A DNA stretch of 64,000 bases from an uncultured Thermotogae bacterium (GCA_964554715.1 CAZKPU010000001.1:5833-69832), one strand, 5' to 3'. Shown: positions 18,792 to 29,040, counted from the first letter of the stretch. Numbers and translations are program-made. The notes: generated by a model not told the origin, from the letters alone.

Positions 18792-19657
18792 GTTTTCGTT
18801 ACCAGGAGCAGCTTCGTGCTTGTGCCGATCGGTGTGATGGAGAGAGAGGCCCGACCTACGGCCTGAGAGATCCTGCGGAAGTATTCCTCGTAGACAGCAG
18901 CCATCAACGCCGGTGCGAGCCGGCTTCGAGCGGGAAGCATCCGGAACAGCTTCTTGCCTTCGACCAGATAGGAGTTCGCTCGTCGGAGCTGGAACTCCAG
19001 CATTTCACGCGCCGGGCCGGTGAGGGGGTCCTCCAACAGATCCCGTTCGGACAACCCGAAGCGGACAAGATCCTCTTGGGGCAGGTACACGCGATCGATC
19101 GCGTGGTCCGCGCGGACATCGCGCAGGATGTTGATCAGTTGAAGCGCCAGTCCGAGCGCTTCGCCTTTCTCCCGGAGTTGCTCCCGATGGCAGGGGTAGC
19201 GTCCTTGGGCGAGAATCGGCAGCACAGACAGTCCAACCGCGGACGCAACCAGGGCGCAATACCTTTGAAGCTGCTCGAACGTTCGGTACCGGCTGATCGT
19301 CAGATCCATCTCCACACCATCGATGATGGCGATCAGGTCGTCAAGTTCAATCCCGAAACGTTGGATGGCATCGCCAAGCGCGATGTCGCGGAGTTCGGAG
19401 TCATCGGAATCACGGTTTGCGCAACGGACGAGGCGTTCACGCAGTTTCACAAGCTTCGGTCTCTTTGCCTCGACGGAGGCGTCGCCGTCGGCGATGTCAT
19501 CGGCCTCTCGACAGAACGCATACACGGCACACATGGCGAGCCGTTGCTGTGTTGGCAGAGATCGGATCCCGAGCGCGAAGCTGCTGGATGCGGCCTGCGT
19601 GGCTTGCTCGGCCGCGCGATAGGCATGGAGGATCTGCGGTGAGATGACGTGGGTCAT
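18752..19657 (-). CDS. hpnD: presqualene diphosphate synthase (HpnD)
   Basis: Squalene/phytoene-synthase fold with Asp-rich motifs; its start overlaps the hpnC stop (ATGA). Confidence 0.75.
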   Translation of the reverse strand: MTHVISPQILHAYRAAEQATQAASSSFALGIRSLPTQQRLAMCAVYAFCREADDIADGDASVEAKRPKLVKLRERLVRCANRDSDDSELRDIALGDAIQRFGIELDDLIAIIDGVEMDLTISRYRTFEQLQRYCALVASAVGLSVLPILAQGRYPCHREQLREKGEALGLALQLINILRDVRADHAIDRVYLPQEDLVRFGLSERDLLEDPLTGPAREMLEFQLRRANSYLVEGKKLFRMLPARSRLAPALMAAVYEEYFRRISQAVGRASLSITPIGTSTKLLLVTKTWIGTRCLPTRSS

Positions 19658-20580
19658 GGGTGGCTGAGTAGGCTGAGCAGAAACAGCCTCAGCTTGTCCT
19701 TTCCGCCGACCTCCGGACGGGTGATCAGCGTATCAAAGCCCTGGTCCGAGATCTTCCTGAGGATCGCCTGTCCGCCGCGGCTGAACAGCGCCAGATCGAC
19801 ACGCAGGTGTCCGCGCACATGCCTGACAAGCGGCCATCCTTGCTCGAACAGCGCCTCGGTTCTACCGGCCTCGAACGCCACCAAACGCCGGAGAGAGTCG
19901 GATGCCGCTGCCCGATCAAGATCGCCCTCGCGGACGTTGAAGCGGTCCATATCTTCTTGGGGAAGGTAGATCCTGCCCATGGCACGGTCCCGGCGGATGT
20001 CCTGCCAGAAGTTGGTCAGTTGCAGCGCCGTGCAGGTGGCGTCCGACAGCTGATGGAGCTTCTCATCCCGATAGCCGTACAGGAGGAGGAAGAGGCGTCC
20101 GACCGGGACGGCGGAGAAGCGGCAGTAGCTCAGAAGATCCTCGTAGGTCTCGTAGCGATGGTTGACCTGGTCCAGTCGATTCGCGGTCACAAGATCGATG
20201 AACAGTTGTTCCGGCAGGCAGTAGTCCGCGACGGTCTTCTGCAAGGCGATGAGGATCGGATGGGTCGTGTCTCTCCCGGCGATCGCGTCCCGTAGCATCC
20301 TCTCGAACCGGTCGAGGAGTTCGGTGCGATCCCCCGGAGCCTCGTCGCCAAGATCATCGACCGTGCGGCAGAAGCCGTACAATGCCGCGAGATGCGGTCG
20401 CAGTCGCCGGGGAACCAACCACGAGATGACGGTGAAGTTCTCGTAATGTCTCCCTGCGAGGCGAAGGCATGCGGCCTGGGCTTCCGGCAACGAGACAGCG
20501 GAAGCCGGAGGAGCGATGACGGCAGCAACATGAGGAGCGGGTTCGGACATCGTCCGGGTCTCCGTTTCCGGATCTACCAT
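19654..20580 (-). CDS. hpnC: hydroxysqualene synthase (HpnC)
   Basis: Squalene-synthase-like, 308 aa, paralogous to hpnD. Confidence 0.75.
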   Translation of the reverse strand: MVDPETETRTMSEPAPHVAAVIAPPASAVSLPEAQAACLRLAGRHYENFTVISWLVPRRLRPHLAALYGFCRTVDDLGDEAPGDRTELLDRFERMLRDAIAGRDTTHPILIALQKTVADYCLPEQLFIDLVTANRLDQVNHRYETYEDLLSYCRFSAVPVGRLFLLLYGYRDEKLHQLSDATCTALQLTNFWQDIRRDRAMGRIYLPQEDMDRFNVREGDLDRAAASDSLRRLVAFEAGRTEALFEQGWPLVRHVRGHLRVDLALFSRGGQAILRKISDQGFDTLITRPEVGGKDKLRLFLLSLLSHP

Positions 20581-21029
20581 CCCTGTACCTGCACGATCAC
20601 CTCACGGTCTCGAGGTCGGTCGAGTTCGATGAGGAACAAAGTCTGCCACCGCCCGAGCATTAACTCGCCGTTACAGATCGGGATGGTCTCGCTCGTTGTC
20701 ATCAGCAAGTGCTGACAGTGCGAATGACCGTTCGGGCATTCATCTTCGGTCATGTTCGCAGTTCGTACGGCGAAATCGTTGTGCCGGTACGGTGCTTCTC
20801 TTGGGGCGATCCGTTTTAGGAAGTACGTCATGTCCTGCAGCAACAGGGGCTCGTTCTCGTTGATCTTCACCGCGGCCGTCGTGTGCCGCGAGAAGATGAC
20901 GACGGATCCTTCTTGGATTCCCGAACGCCCGACGATCTCTCTGACGTTGGCCGTGATGTCCATGAATTCGGGCGCCGCTTTCGCTTGACGACGGATCGTC
21001 TCCCGGTGCCCTCGGACCATCGGAGGCAT
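20574..21029 (-). CDS. YjbQ/UPF0047-family protein (secondary thiamine-phosphate-synthase-like)
   Basis: The C-terminus LMLGRWQTLFLIELDRPRDREVIVQVQGW resembles the E. coli YjbQ C-terminus. The start is uncertain (track ORF begins at 21110). Confidence 0.55.
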   Translation of the reverse strand: MPPMVRGHRETIRRQAKAAPEFMDITANVREIVGRSGIQEGSVVIFSRHTTAAVKINENEPLLLQDMTYFLKRIAPREAPYRHNDFAVRTANMTEDECPNGHSHCQHLLMTTSETIPICNGELMLGRWQTLFLIELDRPRDREVIVQVQGW

Positions 21030-21130
21030 CTCCCGATCGTGGTTTTGATCCTGCGCTGTGTCACGGTCTTGAACCGGAACCTGCATCGGATGGGTTGCTT
21101 TCCTGTTCATGAGGTGTTATCAGCACGATC

Positions 21131-22009
21131 TTAGCGATCTGCCTTCCCTCCTTTCGTACAAGATTTCGTCGAGAGCTCGAGTTGCTCCACGACTTCGGCG
21201 ATCACATCATCCGGGGTGGACGCACCGGCGGTAACGCCGATCCGTTCGAAGGTACCGCTGGTAATCTCCTGAAGCTCATCTGCCGATTCGATGTGGTAGG
21301 TCGGGATTCCGGTAGCTCGGCAGGTCTCGGCCAGTTTTCGGGTGTTCGCCGAGGAACGGCTTCCAACCACGATCAGCGCGTCGACTTCCATCGCGAGGTG
21401 CTTCGCCGCGTCGTAGCGGCGCCCGGTTTCCGGACATGTTGTGTTGACGATCCGAATCTCCGGAGTCCTGCCGGCGAATCGGCGCGTCAGTGCCTGAGCA
21501 AACTCTGCGAACAGCTCGGGCTTCTTTGTCGTCTGAGCAATGATGCCGATCCCCTTTGTGCCTTCGGGGACCTCGACATCGGCAGAGACCGTTGCTGCTC
21601 CGCACCCTCTTGTCCATGAGAGGATGCCCTTCACCTCGGGATGATCGGCATCGCCGTAGAGAATGACGTAGAACCCGTCATCGACCAGCTTGGCTGCCGT
21701 TTCCTGCGCCCGACGGACGATCGGACAGGTTGTGTCGACCAACCGAAGACCTCGCTGACGGATTTCGGTATGAACCTCCTCGCCGGCGCCGTGGGCGGTG
21801 ATGGCGACGGTTCCTCCCTCCGGAACCTCATCCAGGGTGGACACCAGGTGCGCCCCCTTGCGAGCGAGGCCGTTGACAACATGCGTGTTGTGGACGATTG
21901 CACCGAGCGTGCACAACGGGCCGTGCTCGGAAAGGTCCGTCTCAATCATATTGACGGCTCTTCGGACGCCGAAACAGAACCCGAAGATGTTCGCGCGAAC
22001 GATGTTCAT
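21131..22009 (-). CDS. ispH: 4-hydroxy-3-methylbut-2-enyl diphosphate reductase
   Basis: Collinear with LytB/IspH (…FGFCFGVRRAV…, …TTCP…, …NTTCPET…). The true start is MNIVRAN at ATG 22009, overlapping the shc stop (ATGA). Confidence 0.85.
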   Translation of the reverse strand: MNIVRANIFGFCFGVRRAVNMIETDLSEHGPLCTLGAIVHNTHVVNGLARKGAHLVSTLDEVPEGGTVAITAHGAGEEVHTEIRQRGLRLVDTTCPIVRRAQETAAKLVDDGFYVILYGDADHPEVKGILSWTRGCGAATVSADVEVPEGTKGIGIIAQTTKKPELFAEFAQALTRRFAGRTPEIRIVNTTCPETGRRYDAAKHLAMEVDALIVVGSRSSANTRKLAETCRATGIPTYHIESADELQEITSGTFERIGVTAGASTPDDVIAEVVEQLELSTKSCTKGGKADR

Positions 22010-23964
22010 ACCGACTCTCCCCCGTTTCTCAAGCTGCGACACTTCTTCTCGTACCGCCCCAGCGCCATCAGAGGGAACACATCGCGATAGATGTGATAGC
22101 GGATCATGAAGTCGGTCGGGAACCCTGTTCCTGTGAACCACGGCTCGTCCCACCCGCCGTCATCGCGCTGCGTGCGGATGAGGTATTCGATCCCGCGCTC
22201 CACCGCCGGATGGTGCACCTCTCCAGCAGCGATCAATCCGAGAAGAGCCCATCCGGTCTGCGATGCAGTTGATGGACCACGGCCGCGATACGTCGGGCCG
22301 TGATAACTCTCCACCCTCTCTCCCCAGCCTCCGTCTTCGTTCTGCCGTTCGAGAAGCCATGACACCGCGCGCCTCACGTACGGTGCCCTCATGTCTTCCC
22401 CCACCGCTTCCAGCGCCGGGAGGACGGTACCGGTTCCGTAGATCAGATTGACGCCCCATCGGCCGTACCAGGCGCCGTCTTCTTCCTGTTGCTGCTTCAG
22501 ATACCGGAGGGCACGTCGGAGAACGGGATGATGCATCGGCCATCCCAGCCGGCCGAGGAACTCGACGATATGACCGGTCACATCGGCGGACGGAGGATCG
22601 ATCATCTCACCGAAGTCGGCGAAGGGGATCTTGCGCGTCCAGGTTTGCGTGTTGTTCCGGTCAAACGCACCCCACCCACCGCCACGGCTCTGCATCCCCA
22701 CCAACCACTCGGTACCGCGGGCAATCGCTTCCCGTTTGCGACCCTCATCCAGTTTCGCCTCGGCAAGAGCCATCATGACCACTGCGGAGTCGTCCGTGTC
22801 CGGATAGATGTCGTTGTCGAACTCGAACGCCCACCCGCCCGGGCGAGCGTTGCAGCGAACCTGCCAATCTCCACCGACAAGGATCTGCTCGCGCAGCAGC
22901 CATTCCCCTGCACGGATCAGAACATCATCATCTTCCGAGACGCCCGCATCCTCCAGCGCCATCATCGCCAATCCGGTATCCCAGACCGGCGAAAGACACG
23001 ACTGCAAGTGGAACGTATCCTCGTCCTCCATCGCGAACCCCTGAGGTCCGTAGAACCCGTCGAGACCCTTCTTGATCACAGGATGATCGAGTTTGTATCC
23101 GAGTTCATGCAGAGCGATCAGCGAGTACACCCACGGGGGCTGGATGCCGCCCCACGACCCATCGGCTTCCTGCCGATCCGCGATCCACCGCTCGGCTCTG
23201 CGAAGCGCCGTCTTCCGAAGAGGTTTGTACGGGAGCCGGTTGTAGAGGCGATAGAGCTTGTCGAACACCACGAACATCCGGCTGATCGGTGTCTTCTTGC
23301 GGTCGGGGACACGATCGTCGGCTCCTTCGCGTCCGTTGACGAACAGCTCGTCGATCGTTGCTTCCCGCGGAAGCGGTACGACCGGTTCCAGAGTTCGGAC
23401 GACGGCCAACGCCCCAACGGTCTGCCTTGCCCAGCATGCGAAGGAGTAGATGTTCACCGGGAAACGGCGCGGCAGAAGGAACAGCTCGATAGGGATCATC
23501 GGCGTTCCCCGCCACGTCCACTCACCCATCATGGCGAACCACATCTTGGTGAAGATGCGCGCGTTCTCCATGCCCCCTTCAGACAAGATGTAGTCTCGAG
23601 CCCGCACCATCTCGGGGGTCTCCACGGGGATGTCGGCCATCTTCAGGGCCAGATACGCTTCGATCGTGGTCGAAAGGTCGGCTGCTCCCTCGAACCAGTT
23701 GCTCCATGTCCCATCTTCCCGTTGCATCTCGAGGATGTAGCGGGCCGCCTTTTTCTGTTCCTTCTTGTCGGAGATCCCGAGGATATGGCGGAGAAAGACG
23801 TGTTCCGCCGTGATGGTGACGTTGGACTCCAGCTCGGCCCACCAGTAACCGTCTTCATGTTGCATCCTGCGAAGATGCTCAATGGCCTGCTCGATCGCGT
23901 GTTGCCGCGCTTGGGCAGCAGATCCCGTTCTCACCGTTGTCGTTGCCGTCTGTTCGATACTCAT
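22006..23964 (-). CDS. shc: squalene-hopene cyclase
   Basis: 652 aa with repeated QW motifs and a DGGWG-type terpene-cyclase signature. Confidence 0.85.
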   Translation of the reverse strand: MSIEQTATTTVRTGSAAQARQHAIEQAIEHLRRMQHEDGYWWAELESNVTITAEHVFLRHILGISDKKEQKKAARYILEMQREDGTWSNWFEGAADLSTTIEAYLALKMADIPVETPEMVRARDYILSEGGMENARIFTKMWFAMMGEWTWRGTPMIPIELFLLPRRFPVNIYSFACWARQTVGALAVVRTLEPVVPLPREATIDELFVNGREGADDRVPDRKKTPISRMFVVFDKLYRLYNRLPYKPLRKTALRRAERWIADRQEADGSWGGIQPPWVYSLIALHELGYKLDHPVIKKGLDGFYGPQGFAMEDEDTFHLQSCLSPVWDTGLAMMALEDAGVSEDDDVLIRAGEWLLREQILVGGDWQVRCNARPGGWAFEFDNDIYPDTDDSAVVMMALAEAKLDEGRKREAIARGTEWLVGMQSRGGGWGAFDRNNTQTWTRKIPFADFGEMIDPPSADVTGHIVEFLGRLGWPMHHPVLRRALRYLKQQQEEDGAWYGRWGVNLIYGTGTVLPALEAVGEDMRAPYVRRAVSWLLERQNEDGGWGERVESYHGPTYRGRGPSTASQTGWALLGLIAAGEVHHPAVERGIEYLIRTQRDDGGWDEPWFTGTGFPTDFMIRYHIYRDVFPLMALGRYEKKCRSLRNGGESV

Positions 23965-25019
23965 GGCTTCGCTTCCCCTGCGGTTTTTCGGATAGTGGAC
24001 ACCATCTGCGCGACAAGATCCCCTTCTGGGACGTTGACGGCAGCGGGTTCTCCGTGGACGTAAATCGTCGCCCGTCCCGGAGCACCGACCATGCCGACAT
24101 CCGCCTCACGTGCCTCCCCGAGTCCGTTGACCACGCAGCCCATCATGGCAACCGTCAACGGAGCATCAAGATCTCGGACCGCCTCTTGCACGCCAAGGGC
24201 GATTTTCTCCAGCGGAATCCCGGTCCGTCCGCACGTCGGACAGACACGGAAGGTGATCCCTCGCTGGCGCAGGCCGAGAGCACGGAGGATGGCATAGGCG
24301 ACCCGCACTTCTTCGACGGGATCGCCGGTCAGGGAGACGCGGACTGTGTCGCCGATCCCCTGTTCGAGCAGCACGCCGAGACCGACGGCCGATCGGATTC
24401 CGCCTTCCCATGCCGTTCCCGCTTCCGTGATCCCGATGTGCAAGGGGTAATCGCGTTCATCGGCCATTCTGCGGTAAGCGGCGACCGTCATCGGAACATC
24501 GGTTCCCTTGAGCGAGACGACGATCTCCGTGAACCCGTGATCTTCGAGAAGACGCACCTGTGCGAGAGCGCTTTCGACCATTCCTTGTGCGGTAGCGCGA
24601 CCGTGCTCATCGAGGAACTCTCGCGCGAGAGACCCGGAGTTGGCCCCGACCCGGATCGGGATCCCAGCGGCGGATGCAGCGTCAACGACTTCCATAACCT
24701 TCTTCGGATCAGTGATATTCCCTGGGTTGAGCCGCAGCTTGTCGACTCCGGCGTGGATCGATGCCAGGGCGATGCGATGATCGAAGTGGATGTCGGCCAC
24801 AAGGGGGATGCTGATCCGCTCACGGATGCCGGGGATCGCGGCCGCTGCGGCCACGTCGGGAACGGCAACGCGGACAAGCTCGCAACCCGCGGCCTCTAAT
24901 CTTCGGATCTGGTTCACGGTGGCATCGATATCGTGAGTGTCCGTATTGGTCATCGACTGGACGATGATCGGAGCCCCCCCACCGATACGAACGCCGCCGA
25001 CAAGGATCTCGCGTGTCAT
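23961..25019 (-). CDS. ispG: 4-hydroxy-3-methylbut-2-enyl diphosphate synthase
   Basis: GcpE-family with the C-terminal CPTCGRT cluster motif. The true start is MTREILVGG at ATG 25019; the track ORF is over-extended. Confidence 0.85.
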   Translation of the reverse strand: MTREILVGGVRIGGGAPIIVQSMTNTDTHDIDATVNQIRRLEAAGCELVRVAVPDVAAAAAIPGIRERISIPLVADIHFDHRIALASIHAGVDKLRLNPGNITDPKKVMEVVDAASAAGIPIRVGANSGSLAREFLDEHGRATAQGMVESALAQVRLLEDHGFTEIVVSLKGTDVPMTVAAYRRMADERDYPLHIGITEAGTAWEGGIRSAVGLGVLLEQGIGDTVRVSLTGDPVEEVRVAYAILRALGLRQRGITFRVCPTCGRTGIPLEKIALGVQEAVRDLDAPLTVAMMGCVVNGLGEAREADVGMVGAPGRATIYVHGEPAAVNVPEGDLVAQMVSTIRKTAGEAKP

Positions 25020-25657
25020 GATTCGACCCCTTGCTCGATTTCTTCCTGGACCAATGCAACAGCACGGCCGATGGTTGCTGCAGCCCGCACGGCGCTTCGA
25101 GCGATGCGCCGGGTCGCGACGGGATGGCAAAACGCTGATCGGACCGGCGAATCTGCGTTGGAGAACGGGAGGTCTTGATCCGCCGAGTCCAGAACGACAC
25201 GGACGATGACCAACTCTCCGCCGTGGCCGGAAACCATCTCGGCCAACGGTCCGCTCTCGGTATCGACGGCGAGCGCGTGTGTCCTTGCCCAAAGCGCGCG
25301 CTTGGCGGCGGGGGTTGAGAAGACATCCGGGCGGTATGCGACGGTGCCGCGCAGGCAGCGGACTCCTCCGCGTTCAAGGCGTTCTGCAATCCGCTCCGCG
25401 AGATGGCTGTTGAGAGGGCGCAGACCCGTCCCGTCTTCGATCGATTCGGCGATGATGACCTCATTCGCCCTTAGGTGGCTGGCGAGCGCACCACAGTATC
25501 CTGTGGAGACGACGGTCGTCGGCTGGACCGTCCGGCCCAAGAAGCCCGCCAAGGTCTTCCCGGCATCTTCTCCCATGCCGGTCTTGACCTTCTCCCAGCC
25601 GCGCCTGCGCGGGATGCGGGAGAGTTCTATGCGCGTGCTTGCCGCCACGACGTTCAT
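25016..25657 (-). CDS. hpnG: hopanoid-associated phosphorylase/nucleosidase (HpnG, PNP/MTAN family)
   Basis: PNP_UDP-like fold. The true start is MNVVAAS at ATG 25657, overlapping the hpnH stop (ATGA). Confidence 0.65.
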   Translation of the reverse strand: MNVVAASTRIELSRIPRRRGWEKVKTGMGEDAGKTLAGFLGRTVQPTTVVSTGYCGALASHLRANEVIIAESIEDGTGLRPLNSHLAERIAERLERGGVRCLRGTVAYRPDVFSTPAAKRALWARTHALAVDTESGPLAEMVSGHGGELVIVRVVLDSADQDLPFSNADSPVRSAFCHPVATRRIARSAVRAAATIGRAVALVQEEIEQGVES

Positions 25658-26658
25658 GATCGGCCTTCCTCCAGCGCAACCTTCAGCAGATCCCACGGCC
25701 TCCGGAACGATGCAAGGATGCTCGCTCCTTCGAACGACGAGTGAATCATGCAGTTCGCGCACCGTTTGTCCTTCCCGGGGCCGTAGCGCTTCCACAACGC
25801 CGGATCCAGGAGTGGATCGATGGAATCCACGTGTTCATCGGCGATCAAATAGCAGGGAAGCCGCCATCCGCGGACCGTGTAGGTGGGCGTGGTCCACGCC
25901 GCGCAGTCGTAGGTGCGGTTACCACGGAGGAACTCGAGATACAGAGGGTTGTTGTAGAACGGCAGCTTCCGTGAGGGATCGAGAACCTCGCGAAATACAC
26001 GGATCGCCTCTTGCCGTTGCAGGAACTGCTCCTGCTCACTGACGTCCTCGTAGGCGTATCCGGCCGAGACCATCAATCCCTCGATCCCGACGTTCTTGAG
26101 CCGGTCGAACGACGCATGAAGGTCTTCGACATCCGAGCCGTGGAAGATCGTCGTATTCGTGTTGACCCGGAACCCGCGGCGGATCGCCTCTTGGATTGCC
26201 GAGAAGGCGGTGTCGTACGAACCCGGACGTCCGGTCACCTGATCGTGAATCTTGGCGGTTCCGTCCATGTGAACGACAAACGCCAGGTACGGTGATGGTT
26301 TGAACAGGTCGAGATTCTCCTCGAGCAACAGCCCGTTCGTGCACAGGAAGATGAACCGCTTGTCTTCCACCAACGCGCGGATCAGTTCATCCAGATGCTC
26401 ATACAGCAGAGGCTCTCCACCGGACACCGAGACGACGGGCGCTCCCGCAGACTGCACGGCAGTCATGGCATCATCGACGGACATCCGTTGATCAAGGACA
26501 TCCTGGTATTCTCGGATGCGTCCGCAGCCCTGACAGCGAAGGTTGCACGCCTCCAACGGTTCGATCATGGTCACGAACGGGAAGTGCGATTGCCGTGACA
26601 GCTTCTTCTTCAGGATGTACCTGGCCATCGTCATATCGAATGTGGCTGGCCTTTTCAT
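25654..26658 (-). CDS. hpnH: adenosylhopane synthase (radical SAM, HpnH)
   Basis: CNLRCQGCG radical-SAM motif. 334 aa. Confidence 0.75.
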   Translation of the reverse strand: MKRPATFDMTMARYILKKKLSRQSHFPFVTMIEPLEACNLRCQGCGRIREYQDVLDQRMSVDDAMTAVQSAGAPVVSVSGGEPLLYEHLDELIRALVEDKRFIFLCTNGLLLEENLDLFKPSPYLAFVVHMDGTAKIHDQVTGRPGSYDTAFSAIQEAIRRGFRVNTNTTIFHGSDVEDLHASFDRLKNVGIEGLMVSAGYAYEDVSEQEQFLQRQEAIRVFREVLDPSRKLPFYNNPLYLEFLRGNRTYDCAAWTTPTYTVRGWRLPCYLIADEHVDSIDPLLDPALWKRYGPGKDKRCANCMIHSSFEGASILASFRRPWDLLKVALEEGRS

Positions 26659-27650
26659 TTGTCTCTCCTTGCCAAGAAGGCCACCAGTTCACGCATCTCA
26701 TCTTTTCCGGACGGATCGAACGGCAGGCTTTCGAGGATGGTTTCTGCTTGTTGTAGGTCGGAGTGTACGTGCACTCCCGATTGCTCCCTTGTGTCGGTTC
26801 GCTGGAGGATATTCATGACGGTGGAAACCTGCTCATCATCGATCGAGCCGCCGGCGTACACGGACGTCAGGGTGGAACGATCCTCCGCGCTGGCGTGCTC
26901 GAACGCATGCGCAATGGGGAACGACTTCTTCCGCCGCCGGATGTCGGAGCCTCTCGGTTTTCCGGTGGTCCCCGGATCCCCCCAGATTCCGAGCATGTCG
27001 TCCCGGATCTGGAATGCACGCCCGACGTGACGTCCGAATGAGACCAGGTCACGTCGTACACCGGCGGGCGCATCGGCACATACGGCCCCCAGTTCGAACG
27101 CGCAGCGAAGAAGGGCGCCGGTCTTACGATCGATCATCTCCAAGTATTCGGCCACATCCACGTGACGTTCCTCGAACGACAGGTCCATGGCTTGTCCTTC
27201 GATCATCGCTGTCGTTGCCCGGTTCAGCACGCTCAGTGCCTCGGTGCCGCTTTCGAGAGCTTCTCCGATGGCCATCGAATGCAGGAGATCGCCGGCGTTG
27301 ATCGCTTGTGCAACGCCGATGCGGCTCCACACGGTGGGACAGCCACGTCGTGTGGGATCCTTGTCCTGGATGTCGTCGTGGATCAGCGAGAAGTTGTGCA
27401 CAAGCTCCAGCGCAACCGCCGCTCGGAGCGCTCGATCGAGCCGCCCGCCCAAGCGTTCGCAGGTGAACAGGACAAGAGATGGGCGGAGCAGTTTCCCCAA
27501 CCGGTTTCTTGATGCACCGTGTTCATCCTCGAGGCCGACGTGGTATCGAAGAACAGGGTGGAGAAGGCTGTCCCCGCACAGGGCGGATCGCAGCGCCTTC
27601 TCGAGAGGCTCGGTGTAACGGCTGAGGAGAAGCGGGGCGTTTGAGGTCAT
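26655..27650 (-). CDS. ispA: polyprenyl diphosphate synthase (FPP/GGPP synthase)
   Basis: DDxxD motifs (LIHDDIQD, FQIRDDMLG). The true start is MTSNAPL at ATG 27650; the 512-aa track ORF carries an Arg-rich spurious extension. Confidence 0.8.
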   Translation of the reverse strand: MTSNAPLLLSRYTEPLEKALRSALCGDSLLHPVLRYHVGLEDEHGASRNRLGKLLRPSLVLFTCERLGGRLDRALRAAVALELVHNFSLIHDDIQDKDPTRRGCPTVWSRIGVAQAINAGDLLHSMAIGEALESGTEALSVLNRATTAMIEGQAMDLSFEERHVDVAEYLEMIDRKTGALLRCAFELGAVCADAPAGVRRDLVSFGRHVGRAFQIRDDMLGIWGDPGTTGKPRGSDIRRRKKSFPIAHAFEHASAEDRSTLTSVYAGGSIDDEQVSTVMNILQRTDTREQSGVHVHSDLQQAETILESLPFDPSGKDEMRELVAFLARRDK

Positions 27651-28291
27651 GTTGTCCTTTCCGGAGGCCGCAAGTCCACGAGGTGCATCCGCTCCGCGAC
27701 GGTGATGAGATCTGCGGCCGTTCCCACACCGAGCTTGCGCATGATTCGAGCGCGGTGATTCCTGACGGTGTGGAGACTGCGCATCATGATGTCGGCGATT
27801 TCCGCGTTCCGTCTTCCTTCGACGATTAGTTGCAGGACTTCTCGTTCTCGTGATGTGAGTGCTCCGACGTTTTCGTTTGCGCTGTCTTCTTGTTGCGCCC
27901 CTTCGACGTTCGGGAACACGCGTTCTCCGCCGGCGACTCTGTGCAACATCTCCAGCATGGTGGCTGCCGGAGTGTCTTTGAAGACGTAGCCGGAGACACC
28001 ACGCTGCCGCGCCTGATTCACGAGCTCCCGGCTGGTGTGCATCGACAGGATGACAATCTTCGTCTCGGGTGAGACTCTGCGGACGTGGCGAATCGCTTCC
28101 AGCCCGTTTAGAAGGGGCATCGAGATATCTACAAGCACGATGTCCGGCTGGTGAACGCGGGTCAGCCGAACGAGCTCGCGCCCGTCTCCGCACACACCGA
28201 CCACGTCAAACGATGCGCTGGCAAGAAGGGTAGAGAGACCCTCTCGCACCAACGCATGATCGTCTGCAAGCACCACCCGAAGCGAACTCAT
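27647..28291 (-). CDS. NarL/LuxR-family response regulator (REC plus HTH)
   Basis: REC domain with the phospho-acceptor Asp in LVDISMP and a LuxR-type HTH. Its stop overlaps the ispA start (ATGA). Confidence 0.8.
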   Translation of the reverse strand: MSSLRVVLADDHALVREGLSTLLASASFDVVGVCGDGRELVRLTRVHQPDIVLVDISMPLLNGLEAIRHVRRVSPETKIVILSMHTSRELVNQARQRGVSGYVFKDTPAATMLEMLHRVAGGERVFPNVEGAQQEDSANENVGALTSREREVLQLIVEGRRNAEIADIMMRSLHTVRNHRARIMRKLGVGTAADLITVAERMHLVDLRPPERTT

Positions 28292-28392
28292 AACCCATTA
28301 TTCTATCGAGGACAACCCGAGCAACCACGGGGTAAATGTATCAATCGTGCGTGCGGCTCTCCGGGCCGTTCGACGAGTCATCTGAGGCGTGC

Positions 28393-29040
28393 TCAGGAAC
28401 CCCGGCATGGCTCGTCATCGGCCATCGACGTTTCGTTGTCGAGCAGCGCTCTTGTGCCGACTCGACGCGCGTGGGCGACCAGCCCGGTCCTCGTACGGAT
28501 ATCGAGTTTGGACATCAACCCTTGAATCCTGTTTTCGACCGACCTCGGGCGAAGGGAAAGGCACTCGGCGATCTCCTCGTTGTCCTTGCCGAGGCACAAG
28601 AGAGAGAGGATCTGACACTCTCGTGGGGTCAGCAGGGTGGAGGGCGGAATCGTCCTGCCGCGGGCCGCCTGCCGAATGGCAGCGCAGAGTTCCTCTCGCG
28701 AGCAGGTCTTGGAGATCAACCCCAGTGCTCCGAGACGCAATGCGCGCTGGGCGATCTCCGGCTCGTCGTACATGGAAAGCATAAGCACCGCTGTGTTCGG
28801 GGAAGCGGAGAGGAACGTCGGAATCGCGTCAAGTCCGTTGCCATCGGATAATGCGATATCCAAGAGCATCACATCGGGGTGCTGGGCCGCGGCAAGACGG
28901 ACACCTGAGGCAAGGTTGTCTGCCGCACCGATCACGGAGAACTCAGGATCGGAACCGAGCAGCAGGTTCAAACCCTGCCGTACGAGTTCATGATCGTCAA
29001 CGATGAGAATGTGGATCGGGCTCATACGGTACCTTGGCAA
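28393..29040 (-). CDS. NarL/LuxR-family response regulator
   Basis: REC domain plus LuxR-type HTH; it overlaps the 3' end of the kinase gene. Confidence 0.8.
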   Translation of the reverse strand: MPRYRMSPIHILIVDDHELVRQGLNLLLGSDPEFSVIGAADNLASGVRLAAAQHPDVMLLDIALSDGNGLDAIPTFLSASPNTAVLMLSMYDEPEIAQRALRLGALGLISKTCSREELCAAIRQAARGRTIPPSTLLTPRECQILSLLCLGKDNEEIAECLSLRPRSVENRIQGLMSKLDIRTRTGLVAHARRVGTRALLDNETSMADDEPCRGS

